Positions 26,664-40,220 of a stretch of 64,000 nt of DNA are shown here, piece by piece. Source of the stretch: Eledone cirrhosa (Eukaryota). Positions within the stretch are counted from its first letter, which is position 1, and the number at the start of each line of letters is the position of its first letter. Where the stretch lies: assembly GCA_964016885.1 (NCBI GenBank), contig OZ024745.1:97526001-97590000 (forward strand), read 5' to 3'. Both the position numbers and the translations under genes were made by a program. The notes under the pieces were generated by a model. It was given only the letters and a program-made list of their open reading frames with translations, made no database searches and had not been told where the DNA came from.

Positions 26664-27775
26664 CTGAACCTCATGCAGGAAATGACCCAAAACTAAGCTG
26701 ACAGGTGATATGCTGTGATACAAAAGACCTGTCTGCCAATACAAACACTTCAACACAAAAAGTATATGAGGTGAGAAAGAAGTTAGTGTTGGCCATCAAT
26801 AGGATACAATATAAAGTTTGAGAGGACTATTCAGTCAGGCCTACCAAGTAACAATCTCTCTAGTTCTGGTGTTACAAAAAAAATACACCAAGTACACTCT
26901 GTAAAGTAACAATGTTGGTGCTATAGTTAGGGCTATACAACTGCTGCTGGAGAACATGGCTGACTAAAGGGCTAAACAACATCTGTTTGAGAACATGGCT
27001 GACATTAGTCAGCCATGTTCTCAAGCAGCAGCAGTTGTTGTATAGCCCTGATCTCTAGCAGTTGTTGTTGTTGTAGAGCCCTGATCTCTAGCAGTTGTTG
27101 TTTAGCCCTAAAGTCAGCCATTGTCTGAAGCAGTTGTTGTTGTATAGCTCTAATGTCAGCCATGTTCACAGGGCTCTACAACAACAACTGCTAGAGATCA
27201 GGGCTATACAACTGCTGCTGCTTGAAAACATGGCTGACACTAGGGCTGTTCAACAACAACTAACTGTAATAGAAACAAAAAAATCAATCACTAACTGCAA
27301 TTTTACACTTGCTACAGGAAAATGACAAAATTGAAGCCGGGATGACAAGAACTGTTTACATTTGAATATTATTCTATGTAAATGATTTTGTTTGCCAGTT
27401 GTTGCATGGTTATTAATATTTGAATAATCTGTGTGTGTATATGTCTGTGTGTGTGTCTGTGTAAGAAAATATCTGTTATATCAAATATAACCCTACATCT
27501 AAATAAACTGAAAAAGACCTATATATATTTCTCTCCTTTCTATATATATTTTTTTCTTCCTTGGCTTAAGACCTTACGCACTATATATTTGTGTAATTTG
27601 CCTAAAGGCATAACTTGTCTCTACCTGTTTTGTTATATCGCAATGTGCACTGGAATGAATAGTATCAAGCTTAATGCACCGAAACCGTAGTGATTTCTTG
27701 AGGTTGACTGAGTAGATGGGACTGTCTGTCTTTCTGTTGTTTTTTTTTCTTTGTCTTGTGCGTCCCCATTTTCAG

Positions 27776-27847
<72 letters not shown>

Positions 27848-28230
27848 CTGAAAATGGGGACGCACAAGACATCATCATCATCATCATCATCATATATATA
27901 TATATATATATATATAGTAATAATAATAAATTTGAAGACTAAAATCCAAAGAGGGCTCGATAAGGATAAATATATATCAAATATATAAGAACCGTAGAGC
28001 AAATATTTATTAAAATAACAGATTAAAGTTTAAGCAAAGAATCGCTGCTTTCACCCTTAACGGGATCTTCTGAATTTCAGAAGATCCCGTTAAGGGTGAA
28101 AGCAGCGATTCTTTGCTTAAACTTTAATCTGTTATTTTAATAAATATTTGCTCTACGGTTCTTATATATTTGATATATATTTATCCTTATCGAGCCCTCT
28201 TTGGATTTTAGTCTTCAAATTTATTATTAT

Positions 28231-28297
<67 letters not shown>

Positions 28298-28648
28298 GGA
28301 GGAGGAAGAGGATGGTGGTGAGCATTCACTTAAGTTATTTACTCAACTGAACTACCTACTTCCTAAATGACATATATATATATATATATGTTTTGACATA
28401 TTAATAATTTCAGCATACCAAGGTTAGCAAACAAACGATACTAACGAACCATCATGTTGTTATTACAAATAAAATATCAATTAGATGAATTAAGTCAATA
28501 GAGTTAGCAGAGCTAATAGACAGCTGAAGCAGGCATGATGATGATGATGATGATGATGGCAGGGGTGGGGGTTGATGCTGATGATTATATGGTGATATGA
28601 TGATGATGGATATGATATGATGCTGATAGTGCTGATATGATTATGATA

Positions 28649-28693
<45 letters not shown>

Positions 28694-31600
28694 GTATGAT
28701 GACAATAAGATGATGATGATGATCATCATCATCGTTCAGTTGAATTGTTCATTCAACTGAATCACCTACTTCCTAACTGACCCATATAAATAGCTGAGTA
28801 TTCCACAGTAGTATTCCACAGTATATAACAACAAGCTCTTTATTTAGCTATAATAATTCAAGAAAAAAAAAGACATTTGCATCCATACATTTATCTGTAG
28901 ATCAAATCACCAACCTCAATTATTGATAATATGAATATATGATTAAATATAACAGACATGTATGTAAAATGTGTAACAAAAATAGTATGGAATAAATGTA
29001 ACATGAGCAAACAATAAAGGTTGGGAGATGAGTCAAAGCATGTTGAGTGAGAGAGAGTTGGTAGGACAGAGAATAAACGTTGGATGAGAACTGAAAATCA
29101 TATTAAATAGGAAAAGTGTTGCCATACGTACAAGTGAGATGGCAACAAAGGAAGCAGACATGGAAATTGTTCTATACAGGCCCATGCAATCTGTCAAACT
29201 GCCAAATTGCTGGCAATGGCAGATGATGATAAAAAGAAATAGATTTAATCATCTTTTTTTTTAATTTACAAAGCTGTTTGTGTTGTTTGCATGCCTGTTT
29301 ATTTGTAAACAGTGAATTCCTTACAGTTGGTATTGTTGTATGTATCTTTGAGTTGTAGCCAAAAGTAAATCTATGAAACCCACACAAGAACAAAAAACCC
29401 AAAATATTTTTCATATACCACTATGCAAATAAAAAGACCTTATTTCTATGACCTTAACCAGCCGTATCCAGCCAGAATTCTCTCACCTTTTTCTGTTCAA
29501 TCCGGCCATAACCGGACACTCATATTGACATTAAGGTATTGTTCTCGACACTCATATTGACATTAAGGTATTGTTCTCGACACTCATATTGACATTAAGG
29601 TATTGTTCTCAAACAAAATAATATCAAAATCTTATAGATTTGATATTATGTGAGATAAGTCTTTACCACGAAAATACAATAATAAATATAGATAGAGTAA
29701 TGCTAAATTCAAACAGTTTTTTAATGTAAATGTTAAGTTCAAACATTTTTTTTCTTAAAACCACCTACTAATGTCAAACAGTAATTGACAGGACAGATTT
29801 TACAGGCAAAGCCAAACTACAGCAGATGCAGATACAAAAATAGACCACAAGCAAGAATGGTTGGACAATAAGCTCAAGTTGTCTTGGTTGGAGATCCAAC
29901 TAGATTATTTGGAGACAGTTGCTTGTGTTAGGACCTTCTGGAGTGTCTGAGGACTCTGCCTCCATGATCCACTTAGGAATAAGTGGGCGAAGAAGAAATA
30001 ATACACTTAAAAAATTTTTTTTTTTTTTTCAAATAGTAAACATGCAATAATATAAACCTTTTTGTTTGTATATTTGCTGTAATTAATAAAATATTGATCT
30101 AATTAGTAAACTGTTTTATCTAATTCTTAAAACATTCATCCAATATTTAACCCTTTAATGTTCAAACCGGCCAAAACCGGCCAGAATTCTCTACCTTTTT
30201 GGCTGTAACTGGTCACTCAAACTGATGTTATGGTATTGTTCTCAAAATAAATATTTTCAAAATCTCATAGATTCGATATTAGGTGAGATAATTATGCAAG
30301 GTAAAGCCTCTACCTTGAAAATATAATAATTTATATAGAGTAATGTGAATGCTAAAGGGTTAAAGTACATTAACTGGCTAAACACTGATCTAACAGTCAT
30401 CAAAATGGTCAAAATGACAAATAAAGAATTAATAATAAAACACTGCTTTGAAAACATATTAATCTAATTGATGTGATAGAAAAGTTATTGATCTTTCTCA
30501 TTAATGTATTATTGACCTAACTAATAATTTGATATTTTCTTCAGCTATTGAGGTACTCCACAGTTGCATCTCTGGACAGAAAAATAAAGACGTCATTAAA
30601 AGCAATTATAAATCTACTTATATTAACGATGATAAGAGTAGATAGAGAAAGAGGAAATAACTAGATGGAAATAATTGAAATCTAGAGACTTTACTAAACT
30701 TATGATAGCATGATTTTTAAATCTAGATATGATATAAACCATTAATTATGATTATGATAATAATTCTTTCTAAAATTGGTGCACAAGGCTAGCAATTTGG
30801 AGTAAGAGAAAGTCAATGACATCAGCCCCAGTACTTAACTGGTACTTTATTTTATCAACCCTAAAGGATAAAAGGTAAACGTCTCCCGATGGTATAGTAT
30901 AAGAACTTAGAGCATAGAATGTCATAAATAAATACCACAAAGCCATCTACTGCCATTCGTGGTGGTGGTGGTGGTGGTGATAGTAATGATAATTATGATG
31001 ATGGTGATGATGGTAGTGGTGGTATGATGACGATAGAAATTATTGGTATTAATTTAGAGTGGCAGGTCATTGTTATCAGATAACAATGACATCTGGTGTT
31101 GGTATAAAGAAGTGTTGGATGATTTATGTTAAGTAACATGATGAAAAGGTGATTTTTGGGGTGTTGGTAAATTATCTAAAGCAAAGAAAAAGCACTAAAA
31201 ATGGTGGTGTAATGGCAATAATTTTACTGCTGCTAGTGATGGTGAAGATGGTGATGATGATGATGATGGTAGTGCTGGTAGTAGTAATGATATTGATGAT
31301 AGTGGTGGTGGTGGTGGTAATAATGAAGATGATAATGGTAATAATGGTTTCTTATATAGGCACAAGGCCATCGGGGAGTGGAAAGCAGTGGTACTTTATT
31401 TTATCGACCCCGTAAGGATGAAAGGCAAAGTTAACCTTGGCGGGATTTGAACTCAGATCATAAAGGGTTGTAACTCTATGCTGCAAAGCCTGGCATCCGA
31501 CCCTCTATGATGATAGTGCTGGTGGTGATGGCAATAATAATAAAGATGGTGGCAGTGGTGGTGGTAGTGGTGATGGTGATGATAGTGCTGGTGGAGTGAA

Positions 31601-31900
31601 GGTTGTAAAAGTGTTTGTTAGTGTTTCTATGGTTGAAATCTGGTGATAATGTTAATGATGACTGCAACAATGGTAACAATGGTGACAACAGAGATGTCAA
31701 TGCCACCAACCAACAACTATATATTTTGACAAAAAAAAAAAAAAAAAATGTTGTCCAGCTATAAAGAGGCCAAGTTAAAGATGGCGGCAGCAATAGTATT
31801 ATTATTATACATCATTACTGCTTTATATATGGCATTTGGGCAGACAGAGCTCTTTCTAACAAAGGAATTCTTCCAGAAAGTACTCCAACCATCAAATCAA
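26664..31900 (-). CDS. chain of candidate small exons of an unidentified gene or pseudogene (31819-31900, 30517-30571, 29325-29370, 27625-27649, 27316-27351, 26664-26747)
   Basis: Each is AG/GT-bounded and open. The last four splice in frame to (x)[63 protein letters not shown]. The first two ([26 protein letters not shown]; [17 protein letters not shown]) do not join that chain in phase. Some splice sites are weak. Confidence 0.3.
26930..27260. repeat. minisatellite with units in both orientations
   Basis: AGGGCTATACAACTGCTGC..GAGAACATGGCTGAC units flip strand twice; perfect 17-bp hairpin at 26987-27024. Confidence 0.85.
27752..27871. repeat. perfect palindrome around (TA)n
   Basis: TGTCTTGTGCGTCCCCATTTTCAGTAT-(TA)n-ATACTGAAAATGGGGACGCACAAGACA. 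Confidence 0.95.
27872..28283. repeat. long palindrome with 158-bp unique arms and a 1-nt centre (28075)
   Basis: 27917-28074 is the reverse complement of 28076-28233; symmetry continues through (TA)n and (ATC)n/(GAT)n. Confidence 0.95.
29454..29710 (-). mobile_element. piggyBac-type MITE A with an internal 32-bp triplication
   Basis: GACACTCATATTGACATTAAGGTATTGTTCTC x3 at 29515-29610. Confidence 0.8.
30147..30363 (-). mobile_element. piggyBac-type MITE A
   Basis: TTAACCCTTTA..TGCTAAAGGGTTAA termini. Confidence 0.85.
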
Positions 31901-32354
31901 CTGCAGAGTCAAAAGTTATATTGCAGCAGCAGCAGCAGTAATAATGGCACTGCTGGTGGTGGTGGTGAGTGAAGTTGGTTGCAGTGATAATAGTGGTGGT
32001 GGTAGTGGTAACAATGGTGAGTGAAGTTAGTTATAGTTGATTATGGTGATGGTGGTGGTGGTGAATGAAGTTGAGTAGAGTGAAAGATAGGGTTGATAGT
32101 GATGGTAGCGGTGGTTGTGGTGATTATGGTGATGAATGAAGTTGAGTAAAGTGATAGTGGTGATGGTGAGTGAAGTTAGTTATAGTTGATTATGGTGGTG
32201 GTGATCAGTGAAGTTGATTATGGTGGTGGTGATCAGTGAAGTTGCATGATGGTGGTGGCAGTAATAGTGATTGAAATTGGTTGCAGTGTGTGTTAGTCAG
32301 TGATGGTAACGTTGGTGGCAGTAGCGCTGATGATGATAAAAATGGTGCTAGTTG

Positions 32355-32407
<53 letters not shown>

Positions 32408-32741
32408 CTGCTGCTGCTGCTGATGGTAGTTGTGATGGTGGAGATCATGTTGATGGCTGGCTGGCTGGCAGTGTGCAGTAGTAATAGCACAACTCAAAAG
32501 CAGATGCAAAAGCTAGGTGCAGTAGTAAGTTGCAGCAGATAGTGCAAAAGCAGCAGCAGTTGTAGTAGTAGATGTTTAACCCTAGGTCAACTCTGCTTGA
32601 ACAGATCTATGATCAAAGAATTTGTATCCATGACCAACTAGTCTTTCTAAAGCTATGTATGTATATATACATTTCTAGAGTGTGATATGAGGGAGATTTG
32701 GTTGCAATTTCTAAAAGGTCAAGCAATCAAATAGAGGTAGC

Positions 32742-32796
<55 letters not shown>

Positions 32797-33220
32797 CAGT
32801 AGCAGTGTTACTACCAATTCTACACTGCACATGAACTTTCAACAACATAAGTTTGTTTTAATGGTAATTTTAATGACATGAGCTTTTTTTTTTTTTTTTA
32901 TTATTATTTCATTTTGCTTTTAGCTTTGATGGTTTCAATCTGTAACCATGCAGTCTTTTGATATGTAGTACTACTTTGTACAATGTCTTGTTTTGCAAGG
33001 CATTAAGATGTGCTTTGAAGGAATTCACTGCTATTTCTAGCAGATCAATCGGCCACAAAAAACTCTGACTCTACTCACATTATATATGTGTATATATATA
33101 TTATATATATGTGTATATATATATATACACATTGAAAGTAGCTTTAATGGTAACAAAATTAACAATACGACTGATTTTGATAGTGTTGCAAATGCAGTTA
33201 TAACTAGTAGCTCATATTGC

Positions 33221-33263
<43 letters not shown>

Positions 33264-33800
33264 CATAATAGTAGTAGTAGTAGCAGCAGCAGCAGCACTA
33301 CAAGCGGTGATAGCAGCAGTAATGAAAATAATATTTTAGACGTTTGTAGCAGCAGCAGTAGTAGTAGTAGTAGTAACAACATTAGCAGCAGCTGCAAATA
33401 TGTCAACAACATAAAGCTTGTTCAACTAATATATATTTTACTCTGAGAAAAAATACTAAAGCAACACCACCACCTCCACCACTAATATCGTTACAGCTGC
33501 TGCTATTAGTATTGCAGCTACTACTACTACAACTATTAGTACTGCTGGTACTACTGCTGTTGCTATTACTACTACTACTACTACTACTACTATTATTATT
33601 AGTGCTGTTGCTACTATTACTACTACAACTACTATCCACCACCGCCACCTCCATTATCATCAGCAAGGACAAACTGCAGAAAGAAATGAGCGTGTGGCGA
33701 ATGAAGGTGGAGGGGGGGGGAGCTGCGGTTGAATGGAAGTTAATATAGTGCTGAGTCATCTGAGGGAGGAGGGATAGAGACAGACATACAGAGAGAGAAC

Positions 33801-33830
<30 letters not shown>
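30955..33830. repeat. extended trinucleotide low-complexity field (GGT/GAT/GTA/GCA and their complements), with a SINE 1 copy at 31345-31510
   Basis: Direct inspection; produces the poly-V/M/D/L/S ORFs. Confidence 0.85.
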
Positions 33831-33831
<1 letters not shown>

Positions 33832-33878
33832 AATGTGATGGAGGTGATAGTAATGCTAAGTTTGTGAATTTCATTAAA

Positions 33879-34064
33879 ATAATTGTTTCTAATTTTGGCA
33901 CAAGGCCAGCAAAAACTCAGTACATTACTGGTACTTTATTTTATCGACCTCGTAAGGATGAAAAGCAAAGTTAACCTCGACGGGATTTGAACTCAGACCG
34001 TAAAGAAACGTAACTATGCTAGAAAGCATAGCGTCCAACCCTCTACCGATACTGCCAATTCACC
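33879..34064 (-). mobile_element. SINE family 1 with 18-bp target-site duplication
   Basis: GAATTTCATTAAAATAAT at 33866-33883 and 34065-34082. Confidence 0.9.
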
Positions 34065-35189
34065 GAATTTCATTAAAATAATGTTAGCATAGCTTCGTGG
34101 GGTGGTAGGGAAGTGATATATATATATATATATATATACATATATATATACACACACACATACAGTCAGACTGTGTGTGCCTTCGATGATTTCAAACGAA
34201 TGGAATAGTTCTTAGTTCTAGAAGTCACTTTCCGTCCGTTCCCCTTCGGAAAACCATTCTGTCTTAAATTTGCAGGGATCAAAACAATATATATATATAG
34301 AGATAAGATTAGGAACATGCACTGAAAAATGAGCTATGACAGTAATGGCAATATTTATAATAATTGTTTCTACTTTTGGCACAAGGAATGGTGACAATAC
34401 TTTCAAAATTATATAGCTAGATGTTGTTAGCTCATTCAAGAATTAGTGAGTTCTCAAAAATGTCCGATAAATAAAAGGCATTTCTTTTCTTTTTAACTGA
34501 ATTCTTCAATGAACGAAGTTCTGTTTATGTTAAGTAAGTATCGACATTAATTAACATAAGTAATTGTTAACAAATATCTCATTAACATAATTTATTAATA
34601 CACTTCTTAACATAATTCATTCCGGATTTAATCAATGATACAAGCACAGGGCATGAAGATGAAGTCCGTGCCTTGCTTAATGGCATTAGCGACTTTAAAA
34701 TATAATGGTTGCTGGCAGAGAAATAAAATCGGGTTCACAGACTAGGTTCTTCAGGAAAATTACGTATTTCAAAATAAACGTATTTCAAAAAGCAATAAAT
34801 ATTTTATTTATTTATATATAAACATTTTACTAACTTTAAAAACAACCACGAACATGTTCTAAAATTTTAGAAATTGATAAAAAAAAATCCCAAACTTTGA
34901 ATCCACATAAACAAGGTTTAGTAAATATTCAAAAAGGATTATTTATTATTTCATTTATTTATTGAGGAAATATTCTTCAAATGAAATTCATTTGAGAAAA
35001 TATTTTATAATAAGAATGATTCGGGTTGAAGAAACAAAACTAAATTAACCTTACAGAAAAATAATTGAAAGATGATATACAATTTTTGTATTGAAATTAA
35101 TAAAACAAAGTATTTAATAATGGAATGGATGATGAATGTAGAGATAAATAAACAATGAACGTCAATAAGTGGATAGAAATATGAAGAAA

Positions 35190-35310
35190 TATCCATTTTC
35201 TAGTCTTTGTTTCATGCAAACGATGTTGCGAAGATTCTGTTTCGATTGTTCAAAAGATTGGTCCAAGAACAAAGAACGGAAGCAACCGCCTGAGATAAGG
35301 GAGAGAGATA
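35190..35310 (-). promoter_or_regulatory. possible promoter/first-exon region of the minus-strand gene
   Basis: Non-repetitive CpG-containing patch with an ETS-like CGGAAG (35277-35282) at the CpG-poor/CpG-rich boundary. Confidence 0.25.
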
Positions 35311-38300
35311 TATAATTAAAATAGGTGGGGAATATATATATATAGCGCTCTATTTAAAAAAAAGAATTAATATTGTTGTGAAATTAATCAAAAACTGACA
35401 AGAAATATAACATTAATAATAAAATTAATAAAAATAAATATATAGAAGAGTATAAAGAACACGCATCGGCCATTAGAAAACACGACAGAATAAATCTAAT
35501 GAACAACTTTTGTTTAGGGTTTTTGTTGATTTTGTTTCATTTGTTAGAGAGAGGAGATGGTGGGAGTAGAGATAGATTGAGGGATGGAGGTAGAGAATGT
35601 CTGGGAGAGAGAGAGTGGGGAATATAGAAAGGAGATAGGTAGAGTTTGGGAGAGAAAGAGTGATGGAGGTAGAGAATGTCTGGGAAAGATAGAAAGGAGA
35701 TAGGGAGAGACAGATTGAGGGAGGTAGAAAGAGTGGGGGTGGGAGAGGAGGAACAAGGTAAAGAGAGAGAGAGAGAGTGAGGGAGATAGAGAGATGAGGA
35801 GGAGGGAGGTAGAGAGTCTGGGAGATATTATGTCTGAAGACAAGGCAAAGCAGACAAAGAGAAGCGTGTGTGTATGTCGAACATGACACAAGAGGAAAGT
35901 GGGAAAGTTATAATTGGTGGAGCAAAGCAGCATCAGCAGCGACAACAGTTTATTAAACATTTAAAAGCAAAGAAAAAGATTACCCCCTTTGTCTACTATC
36001 TATGTCTCTCCTATACATATATATCTCTATCCTATATACATATATGTGTGTGTATCACATATCTTTCTCATATAGACAGATAGACAGATATATATATATG
36101 TCTATATTTATCTGTCTCTTTGTCAAGCACTTCCACAACAGCAAATGACAATGGAATGAAAATATCGGAAGGAAACTTTTTTTTGCTTTCATATTTCTTT
36201 TGTTTCAAACATTTTATATGCATGAATGACTGGAGAAATCAGCCGATTTAACTTGTGCATGTGGATTAGGGAACATTTTCTTCGTTGTTATATAGTTCGG
36301 GAGGGTCATATTGCCAATAAAACACACGCACTAGTTGATTTCATTTCCAGTTTTATTAGTGAAAATATCTAATCCATTCCGTGGTTAGTTTAGTAATCGG
36401 GTGGTCAAGTTTTTCCTTAAAACATACGATCATGAATACTAGTGTGTGTGTGTCGTGTATCCTGAACCCCTGAGCATACACAGGATCGACACAAGGCATA
36501 ACTCATTAAACACGTTCTCCAGTATGGTCGTGGCTAAAGAACAACTGGCTTATTCAGACACTCGAGAAAGGCAAAACCAACCCATTTTTTTGTTATAAAT
36601 CGTATTCTACACCCAGCATTTATATACTTATATTACATACATATGTATATTTATATACATATGTATATATGTATGTGTGTGTGTGGGTGAATATGATTTT
36701 ATACAATAAACACGGGTAACCTCGCTTATCAATTATATGTATGTATATATATATATTTGTCTGATGACCCTGTGATAAACAGGTAAAACTACTGAGTAAC
36801 AAGACTCACTATTCAGCCTTAATAAAATACATATATATATATATATATATATAACACTGTAAAAGTGAGGTAGTAAAGAAGTCGTGTACTTTTTATAATA
36901 ATTTAAGCACATCTAAGTTGTCCAGTAATATGAGAGCGTATATAAATGAGGAACAACTCCCTCACATTAATCTGTCTATTGTCTGGACATAATACATTAG
37001 ATTTGAATCTTTTTTTCAAACTCCGGTGAAAGTTCAGTGCAAAAGCAGTGAAGCTTTACAAACAATAAAGACAAAATGTTTTCCTCTTCCCTCTCACACA
37101 TTTCATTTCCAAACAGCCTTTTATTATACTTGTTTCTATTAAAAAATATTAAAATGATTGTTTTTTAATGTTAATATAATCAAAATAAATTTTCTAAAAG
37201 CGAAAAAAAATACGTCAAATATTTTTTTCCCTTCTATTAATTCGTCACTTAAAAAACATTTATACGATGTGTATTTTTTAATCTAAATTTCTGTAGTTTT
37301 CTTTGTCTCTTCGGAAAGTCGACATTGCGTCGGAAACAGCCGAAAAGCCATATAAGAATTTCCGTGATATTCCGGTTAAATTCGGATTCAAACCGAGCAT
37401 TGACGTAAAAATCCATGAGACAAAAATTAACTTTCACAACTTTAGAACTTTGGAACACACACACATAGCTGTGTGGTTTTGAAACCACGTCGTTGTAGTT
37501 CAAACCTACTACGCGGAACCTTAGTCAAATATTTTCAATAGCTTTGGGTTGACCATTACCTTGTGAGGGGAATTAGCAGGCGGAAACTGTAGATGCCCGT
37601 CAAATGTCAGTGTAGTAGTTCGACGAAAAAGTGATTAACTGGAGTCGATATGATAGACTAAATAAAGTCGGTCCTGCATGGTCGCAGTCTAAGACTCTGA
37701 TGTAGAGATTTTTTTAGGAAGTAAATAAATGAGACTGCTGCTAAAATACATTAAACTATATTTTATTATGGATGGTCATATAACAATTTTTATTTGCTAA
37801 ACATACAAATCATTTTAGGACGAAGATCAACGGAGTTTTCCGAATATAAACGGAAATATATACAACTTGGGGACCCTTTAAGATAAATTTAGAAACCCTT
37901 TTTCTTAATTCCCTTCCTGTGAATGAGACTATCTATAAATAAGTCTTCAATCTTCTAATATTTTTCTTCGGTCAGGATCTAATAGACTATGGATTAAATA
38001 AAGACTTTCCAACCATGATCATCACATATTAATTCTTTTTTATTCAGACTTGTAATTCCTGATTTTTAAACGGTAGTGAATGTTATGAAGGAGATTTGGC
38101 TGCTATGTTTAGCAAACCGAGCGATTACATAGTGTTGTCAGGAAAGACAAACTTACTGTAAGCGGTCGCTTCAACCTGCTAAAAATAGAGGCCAATTTTA
38201 CCTCAAATTGCACGAGGGCCCTATCGAATTAAAAAAGGAAAGGTTCGCATATAGTTTTGTTGTTTGTTTTTTGATGACCACCAACGGAGATTGGTTAATA

Positions 38301-38736
38301 AAGACAACTATCTTCACTTCCTATCAAATAAATAAATATTTACTTTTTATGAACACAACACAAAGGGCAGAAGTGGTGGAGACAGTGTTAGAAGAATTAG
38401 ACAAAATGGGGAGGTGAAGGTGTTGAGAAAATAATTTGTTCTTTATTTGCCACAAGGGCCTACATATGGGGGACAATAGAAACAAGAAAATTAATAGAAT
38501 ACAAGAAAATTGAAAATAGAGACGAATAGAACTGATAACCAAATTAGTAGTAGTAGTAGAAGTAGTGGTGGTAACAACAACAACGACAATTTTTCAGTGA
38601 CTTAGAAAGTGTTGTTTACTGCTGCAACTAGTAAACACCAACCACATCACACGAATAGGATGTATGTAAATATATACACCTCTAACACATTTATGTCAGC
38701 AGGTATGTATGTATATGTATATATATACACACACAC

Positions 38737-38783
<47 letters not shown>

Positions 38784-39104
38784 TATATATATATATATGT
38801 GTGTATGTGCGTGTAAATGTATATGTATGTTTGTGCGTTCTATATGTATATAGATGTGGATGTAATGTATGCATATATAAAACGATTGCATGTGTGTGTT
38901 GTGTGATTGCGTAACGTTGTTGGAAGAGAGAAGTCTACATTTTAACACGTCCACCAAACAAACAGTCCCCAGAAATCTGTCAATTCTACAAACAGTGTAG
39001 ATTCCAAGGAAACTAGTGACGTTCTGCTGTCGACAAAACGTAATACAAATAAATATGTCTAACAGTGGAAATGTGTTTCATAAGTTTGATGCCGCATAGC
39101 GAAG

Positions 39105-39150
39105 AAAAGATGTCTAACGTTTCAGACAGAATCCTTCATCGGAGGAGAGA
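39105..39150 (-). ncRNA. degenerate minimal hammerhead motif (Penelope pLTR-like)
   Basis: Minus strand CCT-CCGATGA-AGGATTCTGTCT-GAA-ACGT-T-AGA; U4>C in the core, palindromic ACGT stem III. Confidence 0.55.
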
Positions 39151-40220
39151 AGAAAAAAGGTGTCAATTGGTGTTGAAGGCTAAATATAGTGAGAGACGTG
39201 GGAGAGGAAGTAGTAGTAGGGAGGACAGGTAAAAAATCAAGGACGGAAAGGTAACAAGTGTAAAGCAAGATGCCAACAAAGGAGAGACTTAAAATCTATG
39301 GAAAGGGGGAGGAGTGGTACAAATAGATGTTTACATTGGGTATGATTGAAAATTGTTCCAAGTGTAATTCGAATTGGAATACGATTGGTCGAGATTTTTG
39401 TTCTCATTAAGTTATTTTCCATTTTTCTAACAATAAAAATGTATTATTATCATAACTATTGTCCGATAACTTAAAGCGCTAAACTAATATATTTTTTCGT
39501 TGTACTGTGTCGTTTGCATTGTTATTTCTGTTTACTTTTTACATCGATATTATCATAGTAGGACTTACGATCTTCCCAGAAGATTTGTTGATCAGGTTCG
39601 ACTAAGAATCGATCAGCAATAGGCTAACAGGTGGTTTGTTTTCTTTCTTTGCTATTACATAAAAACAAACAGACAGATATACTCATCCAACACGATAACA
39701 CATACACACTCTAATAAAACAAACGAAGGCTCCTCTACGTTGTTGCTAAACTTGCTACAACTAGTGACCAAATCTCCTTCACATTGAACTGTCCTTAGGG
39801 AGAGGAGAGATTGGACAATGTAGGCCTAGATATGTACATAAAAAAGACGGAATAGTCACGACTGGAATCAATGGTGTGGAGCTGGAACGGACCTCAATCT
39901 GTTTCGGCGATCATTGTTCCAGTTGTTCAATCGACGAAACAGCCTGCTCATAAAATTAACAAGTAGCTGTACAACGTGTGTGATGTGACAAGGCTGGCAT
40001 TTTGAATTACAAGTACAGTCCAATCCGATAGGCTTCCAAAGAGTCTCTGTATACCCAATTTCACTCACAAGGCATGGGTCGACTCAAGGACGTGGTAAAT
40101 GACACTTTCCCAAGATGTCACGCAGCAGGATCGAAAGCGGGACTTAATGATTGTGAAACGAAGCGAACTTCTTAACCATTTGACCAGGAACTAAATAACA
40201 AGTCACACACAATTTATATG

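Noticed and set aside
35473-35960. Two 138-aa Leu/Ser/Pro-rich ORFs
   Set aside because: Antisense reading of GA-rich low-complexity sequence.
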